64,000 nt of DNA from Octopus sinensis (lineage: Eukaryota), in contig NC_042997.1 in assembly GCF_006345805.1 (NCBI RefSeq), positions 124,496,001-124,560,000 on the forward strand, read 5' to 3'. The position numbers were made by a program, and so were the translations under genes. Below the pieces are notes generated by a model. It had not been told where the DNA came from and searched no databases. It saw only the letters and a program-made list of their open reading frames with translations. Below, in pieces: positions 54,973 through 64,000 of the stretch; within the stretch, counting starts at the first letter, position 1; every line of letters starts with the position of its first letter.

Positions 54973-54975
<3 letters not shown>
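54640..54975. mobile_element. Two tandem truncated fold-back copies of the 58535 family within (TA)n
   Basis: ttaaaagcagcagaaatataacaaa..tttgttatat..ctgctgcttttaa plus the shared tail gcatattactctacctc occurs twice. Only AAACtctgaGTA of the ribozyme is retained. Confidence 0.75.
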
Positions 54976-55050
<75 letters not shown>

Positions 55051-55216
55051 ATATATAACATATATATATATTACAATTTTACCATTAATAAACAAAAAAT
55101 ATAGTTACAACTACTTGGTATATATGTAAATAAATGTATTTTGAACATTTACGAGTTTTTGAAATTTAAGTGCATTTCAGCAAAATCCCACATCCCAAAA
55201 TACATTTCCTATATAT

Positions 55217-55268
<52 letters not shown>

Positions 55269-57883
55269 TATATATATATATATATATATATAATAACAAT
55301 TTAATAAATAAAACAAATGCATACATACATACATATATTTTATTTAATTCATTTTGCAGGAAGGATTGCTTCGGCCGGATCGTGTTCTGCCCTTACCTTC
55401 GAAACACGCATGGAGTCGAAACAGAAGCAGCTGAAGAAGGGGAATATTCTTTGTATCGCTTGTCTTATACTGTTTTTTCGTTGTTAAAAAAAAGTCCGTT
55501 TCCTTGTTTTGTTTTTATGTTTTCATTTCTCGTTGTGTTCTACGTTTATTTGTGGGGTCCTGCACCCATATATGCATGTATATATACATATAGATGTAGG
55601 TATGTATATATATCTACGTATGTATGCATATGTTTTATTTATTAAATTGTTATTATATGATTGAATGCTCGCGTCGTTTTCTTTTTCTACTTCTCCAAGT
55701 AAGTTTTATTTATATATATATATATATATATATTTACATAAATATATTTTGATACACACACACACACACACACACACATCTATATATATATATATATCAA
55801 ACAATTTCCCAGTTGTTTTGTGATTAATGTTGTTCCTAATTAGCGCCAGACGAAGACAAGTGCATAAACAACAAGCAGGTGTATTAGTTTGACGCTCGGG
55901 GAAATGAAAGTCTTTTATGTTTCGGGCCTACGCTCTTCAACACAAAAGAGTAAGATATGTGTGTATGTGTCTGTATCCATGCATACATACATATGTACGT
56001 CTGTGTGTATGTATGTGTATGTCTGTGTTTTATGTCTGTGTATGTCAGTCTCTGTGTCTCTGCGCATCGGTGTCTATGTCTAGTATAGTATAAAATAATT
56101 TGAAGACTGAAGGGCTAAAGAAAGGGTAGAGTAATAAATTCATTTCATCTTTGAAGAACTTTGTATAAATTTGTTCTTATAAAAATATTGATATAAGACA
56201 GTGATTTTCTTCTATGCTTAAAACTCAGATAGGCTTTCACAGATTTTGTGAAAGTCTCTCCAACACCGTCTAACATCAAAAAGTCTACCGTTGATTAGAA
56301 CTTCTTATCTTCTTTGGAGAGTTATTAAAAACGAATTCCTTCACATCTCTCTTTAAGTTTGAAACTTAAGTTGATGTTTGATAAAAGCTGTCTAAAGTGT
56401 GATTGAGATTCCATATAACGATATTTTATAATGCTGGCCTATTATTATGAATGTATAATGTGTCAGTTCCTTTACTTGCTATTCTGAACAAAGAAATATC
56501 AAAGAAATCACATGATTTGATTGTTTAAAAGATGAATTGTTCTCTAAGACATTCTCTCATGAAAACTCAACAATTCACCTTTATGACAATATGAATATAT
56601 ATATATTTTATTAACGTATATTGCATTGGCTCGACCATTCCTTCAGAACTCAGTGTCATATTTGTAATATAATACATAAATCGTAAAAGTCTACCTAGAA
56701 TGTTCCAGTTTTGCGAGGAAGTCTTTATTAATATTTATTGCTGCAAACGACTTGCAATACAAAGGTCGTTATTATGAGGAAAGTTTTACAATAGTCGCAT
56801 GGCAATAAGAATATCGATAGTTTAGAAGCGATCGATTGAAAAGTCAAAATATTTTTATAAGATTACAGAATAGAAATTAACGGTAACTACGATATGATTT
56901 ACGAAATGTCATTAAGAGGATTATGTGTTAGATTTTACAGCATGTTTTGAAGATTTCTAGTGCACAACAAACTGCATGAAAACGGATTAAAGTAAAGATC
57001 GGAAAGAAGGATCAAATGGGGGCGGGTGGTTGAAAGAGATGTGAAATAATGTTGAGGGTCTTGCAACGTTGAATTCAACGATGTGAGATCCAATGAGTAA
57101 GCGTGTAGGCAGACTCTTGGTCTTGTAGAAATTGCAAATCAAAATTTAGCGACGTATGAATGGAAACGGCGCATCAGATAATGTACTCATAATTTTCTTC
57201 TAAGTGAAATAGAATATAGTCAAGGTTAGGACACCGTGAAACGTGGATATGCTCAAGAAAACAAAACAACAGTAAATTAACGAAGAACTGAGCAAAAGTA
57301 CTGATTCTAGAATTATGTAAAATCTGCAAGAATGCACTAAAAGAGATGTTACCTGCTGTTTGGAATAAAGTTAAATTAATTTGATTAATCAGTGGGTAAT
57401 ATAATTAATTTTCAACAGTGTCTTGTTGAAAAGTTGGTGGAAACACTACAAAATGTCAGTAAGTTAAATAAGATATAATTGAATATTTAACAGACGCAAT
57501 GCAGTATTATTTTCTAAATGAAAAAATAATAATAATAATAATGAAGTCAACTCAACTCAAGCTATCGCAGTGCAGAGGAATCGACTAAAGAAATCACAGA
57601 AATATTTATAAAATTTTATTATGTTTTTTCTCCTTTTATTCAACATATCGAAGTTTTAATGTACTCAGTCGCTGATAGTGGAAATAGCACACACACACCA
57701 CACACACACACACGTATGCACATATATGTACTTACCTATAAACTAACACATACATACGGTTATGAATAAATACATGTATTTATAAACAGACGCACTTACA
57801 TACTTATATATATATATATATATACAAACATTATAAATAGAAAGATAGATAGATAGATAGACAGATACATACATACATACATA

Positions 57884-57914
<31 letters not shown>

Positions 57915-58339
57915 CATACATACATACATACATACATACATAGAAATCATCTATACGCATTGAACAAAATCACAGATGTGATGAAAAGAAGATTTGTTGG
58001 AAGAAAGAAGGGAAAAAATAGAGGCAAGCAATTACTGCTGAGTTTACAGGCTTTAGTAATAAGTTTCTTTGAAAATACAAATCATAGCAGGGTTGCGTGC
58101 GTGAGTGAGTGTATGTTTATTTATTTGTGACAGAGGTATGCATGTATATGCATATACATACATACACAAATGTACATACATACTTATATATATATATGTT
58201 ATAATTTACGTTATCTAAGAGATACCACTACGCTGGAAATAGCAGTCAAAACTTGACTCTAAAACCACATTAAATGCTCATACAGTACCAGGAGAGAAGA
58301 CAAAGAGACAAAATAAACTAGTAAAAAAATTACTGGATA

Positions 58340-58378
58340 ATTCCAGATCCCGGATTTCTGACTCTGCATCAGTGGAAT
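58340..58378 (-). ncRNA. Degenerate hammerhead motif (stem II damaged)
   Basis: Minus strand attcca CTGATG cagagtca GAAA tccggga TC tggaat: perfect 6-bp stem I. It lies at the end of a copy (58199-58380) of the 18002-18290 family. Confidence 0.45.
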
Positions 58379-58400
58379 ACACTAAGATAGTGCATAAATG

Positions 58401-58435
<35 letters not shown>

Positions 58436-58534
58436 ATATATATATATATATATACATATATACCGGAGTAAACACATAAATGTGAAACAAGTTAGAAAAA
58501 AGATTACTCAAATACCAGGGGTAGAGTAATATGG

Positions 58535-58697
58535 TTTATTTAAAAGCAGCAGAAATTCAACAAAACCTGTTACTCGGAGTTTCACGTTCCCGTTCGTCGG
58601 ACTGTTTTGCGCGCTTTTTTAACAAAACTGTCCGACGAACGGGAACGTGAAACTCCGAGTAACAGGTTTTGTTGAATTTCTGCTGCTTTTAAATAAA
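58535..58697. mobile_element. Fold-back (~68-bp perfect arms) with hammerheads; tail at ~58463-58534
   Basis: tttatttaaaagcagcagaaattcaac...gttcgtcggac is mirrored exactly; flanked by (TA)n. Confidence 0.88.
58624..58670 (+). ncRNA. Type I hammerhead ribozyme motif (CCGACGA core variant)
   Basis: aaaactgt CCGACGA acg-ggaa-cgt GAAAC tccga GTA acaggtttt. A mirror copy lies on the minus strand in the left arm. Confidence 0.72.
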
Positions 58698-59404
58698 AGT
58701 ATATATATATATAGATATATATAATATACAAAATACGATATATTTACATATACGAACGTATCCATAAATATGATGTATGTATCTATACACACACACAGAC
58801 ACACACATGCACGTGTGCGATACCGAACAGAAAGAAGCATTTTTCGAATATAGAGCATAAGCAGTTTATGTAATTCTCTCCACAGGAACCGATATTGGTT
58901 GAAAACTTAATGCTTCATCAAACGTAACTGTTTGTAGCATGCTTTAACTTCGAATCTGCCGTTTAAATTTGAGGTATTTGACAACAGGCAAAAAGCGCGC
59001 TATGCGTGGTATTTCGGTTCGTCAGCACAAATTTCGCCGTGGGGAAGAGTCGTTATTACAATGAAGTTACTGCTATAAGATGATGCTTGATAGCAAATCA
59101 CAAAATGTGGTCCAGTCTGTGAGGTTGTTATAGAGAGCAATAATGAGGATAAGGTCGCAGATCTCATTGAATCATTTAAACCGGACAAGAAGAAAAGCAC
59201 AAATTCCTGGTAATCTGAATTATCATGAATGTTCAGGCAATGGATAGATATATGATCTTAATAAAAAGTCTTCAAAAATTTTGCTTTAGACATAATGCTT
59301 ATCACGTTTCTAATCATAGTCAACTTCTTGATTTTTGCCTTATAACCCGAGTTAGGCATCTCTGCGCTACTCAATGAGTAAATCGTATATCTTCTTGCTT
59401 ACGA

Positions 59405-59766
59405 ACTACATAGTTCCGGGTTCAGTCCCACTGCGTGGCACCTTGGGCATGTGTTTTCTACTATAGCCTCCGGCAGACCAAAGCCATGTGAGTTGATTTG
59501 GTAGACCGAAACTGAAAGAAGCCCGTCGTATATATGTATATATACATATGTATGTGCATGTATATGTTTGTGTGTCTGTGGTTGTCATCCCAACATCGTT
59601 TGACAACCGATGCTGGTATGTTTACGTTCGGCAAAAGAGACCGATAGAATAAGTACTAGGTTTACAAAGAATATGTCCTGGGGTCGATGTGCTCGACTAA
59701 AGGCGGTGCTCCAGCATGACCACAGTCAAATGACTGAAACAAGTAAACGTGTAAAAGAGTAAAAGA
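59405..59766 (+). mobile_element. SINE family A (5' worn)
   Basis: gttccgggttcagtcccactgcgtggcacc..aaatgactgaaacaagtaa. Confidence 0.8.
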
Positions 59767-60887
59767 GCCTTACCCCTAATGGAAACCTAAACCAGAATTT
59801 TGTTCCCAAATAAAGATATTGTGGTCGGAGCTGCAGCCCAAAACAGAATTTAGAGAAATTTGTTTTTACTGATTATGTAGTGCATGCGGAGTGTGTGTGT
59901 GTGTGTGTGTTTGTGTGTTTGCGCGCGTGTGTGTGTGCATGCATCTGTGTATGTATGTGAGTGTGTCTGTGTGAATGAGGGTGCGCGTGCGTAAATGAGA
60001 TGTTTATCTGCTTTTTGGTATAACTTGCCACCATGCTAGAGCACCACCTCGAACGTTTTTAGTCGCATAATTCGACCGCAGTACTTATTGTAACCGTCTC
60101 TTTTGCCGAAATGCTAAGTTACGGTGACGTAAATAACCTATCATCGGTTATCAAGTGGTGGTGGTGTTGGTGATGTTGGGGGATGCGGTAGTGACAAAAA
60201 CATACACAAAGACACACAACATTAGTAGAATGGGGGTCAAATCCGTATTACAGTTTAGGAAAGGGTCTGTTCCTTTCTATATCAATATAACAATATCCTA
60301 TTTCTTGGATCAGAGTTGAGAGGAATCCAGAATTGTCTGATTGGTGAAAGCATTGATTAATGGAAAACTGTCACGCGTAAGGATGAAGATGGGGGTGAGG
60401 GAAATGCTAAGCAATCATAGGAGAGCGTCAAATCTGAATTCAGAAAGTTACATTTTATTGTTTATTTATGATTCGAAGCTGATATTTTCGAATTTATGAT
60501 TCGAAACTAATCATACCGTATGCTAATTACATACAGAGATATCGGAAACAAATATGAGCAGTGTGTGTGTATGTGTGTGTGTGTGTGTGTGTGTGAAGGC
60601 GCATTGTGATCTAGGATATAAGAAGTTCGATTGTCAATCACTAGCCTGGGCTCCTTCTCAATGAGCTGACCTTAGGCTCATATTCAGGTTTAGAAACCCA
60701 CCAGATAGATTCAAAAGGCGCAGTCCTTGCCACACCTAATGATGTGCTGATTCTGCTGGGAATTGGATTAAAGTGATATGCATCAGTATAACGCTTAGCC
60801 AATCGCATGCTAATTTAGTGAGAATGTATATACACACACTTACGCACACGCGCACACACACACACACAAGTATGTTCAATATATGTA

Positions 60888-61458
60888 TTGGGTTGTCCGG
60901 AAAGTTCATGCCGATTTTTAAAGGAAAGAAAAAGGTCAATAAATACTTGCTATTACATTTTTAATCAACCAAACATGAACCATTTTGTTCCACAATGCGT
61001 CTCCATCTTTCCTTTAACTTGAAAATACCCTCTTCCCAGAATTGAGGTGGTTTCTTGGCAAAGAATTTATCAAGGTATCTTTTTACGTCATCCAAGGAAT
61101 TGAAATTCTTACCATTAAGACTATTCTGCAGAGACCTGAGTAAGTGGAAATCCGAAGGAGCAATATTTGGTGAATATGGAGGGTGGAGTACCACATTCCA
61201 GCCGAGCTGCAGCAATTTTTATCTGGTTCCCAAAGCATCAAGTGCCGAAAATGAACTTTCTCATCTTCCATTTTAAAATGGTTACAGAATTAATACAGGT
61301 TATAGGAACATAAACCTTCTTCCACGAAAAGATAGCTTAAACCCTGTTCTAAATGGAGGTGTAGTCAAATCCTATTTTATGGACTCAACCATGTTCTAAA
61401 ATAAGTCGAAAGGTAAGCTATTATATATAAATTGGCACGAACTTTCCGGACAACCCAA
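60888..61458 (-). mobile_element. Internally deleted mariner element
   Basis: TIRs ttgggttgtccggaaagttcatgcc / ggcacgaactttccggacaacccaa with TA TSD. N-terminal MEDEKVHFRHLML is joined to the C-terminal HPPYSPNIAPSDFHL (YSPDLAPSD motif). Confidence 0.92.
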
Positions 61459-61506
61459 TATATATATATTAAAAGTTCATAAATCTCCATACACATACAA
61501 GCATAC

Positions 61507-61579
<73 letters not shown>

Positions 61580-62023
61580 GTGTATAGTTAACTGTGCGAG
61601 AATTTATAATGTTACGAGAATAAAAGTATATACCAAATGCTGACTATATTAAAAACTCTAGCAAATGCATGTAGTTACATAATTTTTCTATTTATGTTCG
61701 GTCTGTACATATGCGCTTGCAAGTTCGCCTATGGGTATGCGTGTCTATGTTTCTGTGTGTGTTTCAAATGATACGGCCAATTATTTCATAGTTCAACAAT
61801 TTTGTATTTTCTAAAAATCTAAATCAGAAAATCGATAGGAATGAATAATAAAAACATTCGCAAATGAGAACAGGAATCAGTGTAAAACTAACAGGAAATG
61901 TTCATTGGGCTTTTGTTATGTTCTTGGGGCATAGGAAATAGGAATCATGTAGGGATATATTCTCAACGTGGGTTGTGAATATTAATACTCTGACTAACAT
62001 CCATATATATATATTTATATATT

Positions 62024-62071
<48 letters not shown>

Positions 62072-62146
62072 TATATATATATATATATATATACTATATA
62101 ATATAACACATGTACACATACATACATGCATGTATGCATACACGCG

Positions 62147-62198
<52 letters not shown>

Positions 62199-62352
62199 TA
62201 TTATATATACATACATACATATATATATACATATATATATATTATATATACATATTATATATAATTTTATATATACATACATATATATTTAATATATTTA
62301 TATAACATATATATAATATATATTATATATATAAGTATATAATATATGTATG

Positions 62353-62412
<60 letters not shown>

Positions 62413-62413
62413 G

Positions 62414-62476
<63 letters not shown>

Positions 62477-63037
62477 GTACGTGCCTACACGTACGCTTAT
62501 ATGTTTATGTATGTATCGTGTAGCGTACGAGAGGGTAACAGGTTATGGAGAATATATTCATCTATAATGTAACCGGAGATTAGTATTCAATAGTGTGGTT
62601 TGAATAGTGAAATTTTCAATTTAAGTTCACTGCCAATAAAGTGCCGTGCTTCTCGCGAAACGTATTGTAGGCACAACCTATTGTGTGTGTGTGAGTTTGT
62701 TTATGAATGAGTGTGTCTTTGTGTGTGTGTATGTATATGTGTTAGGTGAATAACTTGCAAGTTGGTGTGATTTAATCGTGACTGATAATTAAAAAGGCAT
62801 ATATCTTAATAACTATTTTTGCATAAATTAATATAAGTTGATACATGCCTATAACAAACACACATATTTCTTCAACCTGTGTTTTATGTGTACACATGAT
62901 TTTGGGTGTGTGTGTTTGTGTGTGTGTGCATGTATGTGGGTATTTAATATATAAACATATAAAGGAATTTGTTGTGTTCAAGGCAAATTTGGCCAGATAT
63001 CAATTTAAATATACATTCTTTATTAAATTGCTTTAAA

Positions 63038-63860
63038 AAGGCGGTTTGCAAGCAGAAACGTTAGTGCACCAAGGCGGCGAGCTGGCGGAAACGTTAGTAC
63101 GCCGGGCGAAATGCGTAGCCGTATTGCGTCTACCGTTACGTTTTGAGTTCTGAGTTCAAATTCCGCCGAGGTCAACTTTGCCTTTCATCCTTTCTGGTCG
63201 ATTAATTAAGAACCAGTTACGCACTGGGGTCGATATAATCGACTGAATCCCTTTGTCTGTCCTTGTTTGTCCTCTCTGTGTTTAGCCCCTTGTGGGTAGT
63301 AAAGAAATTGGTATTTCATCAAATTGGTATTTCATTTCGGGGTCGATAAATTAAGTACCGGTTACGCACTGGGGTCGATGTAATCTACTTAATCCGTTTG
63401 TCTGTCCTTGTTTGTCCCCTCTATGTTTAGCCCCTTGTACGCAATAAAGAAATAAGAAACGTTAGCACGCCGGGCGAAATGCTTAGCAGTATTTCGTCTG
63501 TTGTTACGTTCTGAGTTCAAATTCTGCCGAAGTCGACTTTGCCTTTCGGGGTCGATAAATTAAGTACTAGTTACATACTGGGGTCGATCTAAACGACTGG
63601 CCCCCTCCCTCAAAATTTCATGCCTTGTGCCTAGAGTAGAAAAGAATAATGGTTTCAAATTTTGGCAGAAAGTCCACAATTTAGGGGTGGTGTAAATTGA
63701 TTACATATACCCCAGTGTTTGACTGGTACATACTTTAGCGACTCCGAAAGTACGAAATGCAAAGTGGAACTCAGCGGAATTTGGACTCAAAACATAAAGA
63801 CGGACGAAATGCCGCTAAGCATTTTGTTCGGCGCGGCAAGTGTTCTGCTAGCTCGTTACC
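63038..63860 (+). mobile_element. Cluster of nested SINE family B copies (last copy inverted, ~63650-63855)
   Basis: Repeated ggcgagctggc.gaaacgttag and ggggtcgat..ttaagtac blocks. Confidence 0.78.
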
Positions 63861-64000
63861 TTATGCAGGATAAAATATCCTAATCGCATTTATTTAGGTA
63901 GCAATGATGCAAGATATTATTGCCCGTGTAGTGGCACAAAGAAAAACAGACACCATGTATTTAATACTCCACTGCAGAAGACAGAGCTGTGACGAATATT

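Noticed and set aside
50004-64000. Upstream receptor exons (signal peptide, start of ATD) or promoter
   Set aside because: No convincing exon with splice sites and a matching peptide found by eye; probably beyond the window.

Overview
AT-rich, microsatellite-saturated animal genomic DNA. The repeat landscape most resembles a coleoid cephalopod, probably Octopus (inference). The only intact host gene seen is a minus-strand AMPA-like ionotropic glutamate receptor. Six exons with GT-AG boundaries (50003-49755, 41585-41392, 22606-22553, 14943-14785, 11775-11578, 1965-1858) splice in frame into about 320 aa of the amino-terminal domain; the gene continues beyond both window edges. The introns hold tRNA-derived SINEs (three families), LINE remnants (RTE, RLE/R4-like, CR1-like), mariner, DD37D and Tigger-like DNA transposon relics, Helitron/Helentron pieces and a near-identical ~1.5-1.9 kb tandem duplication. 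The most striking signal is a set of at least eight sequence-unrelated short elements carrying type I hammerhead ribozyme motifs (stem I - C(U/C)GANGA - stem II - GAAAC - often palindromic stem III - GUH - stem I'). Most are fold-backs and most lie next to (TA)n tracts. This fits Penelope-like or retrozyme-like non-autonomous retroelements, and several motifs lie on the receptor's pre-mRNA strand. Nearly all ORFs in the supplied track are microsatellite artefacts.
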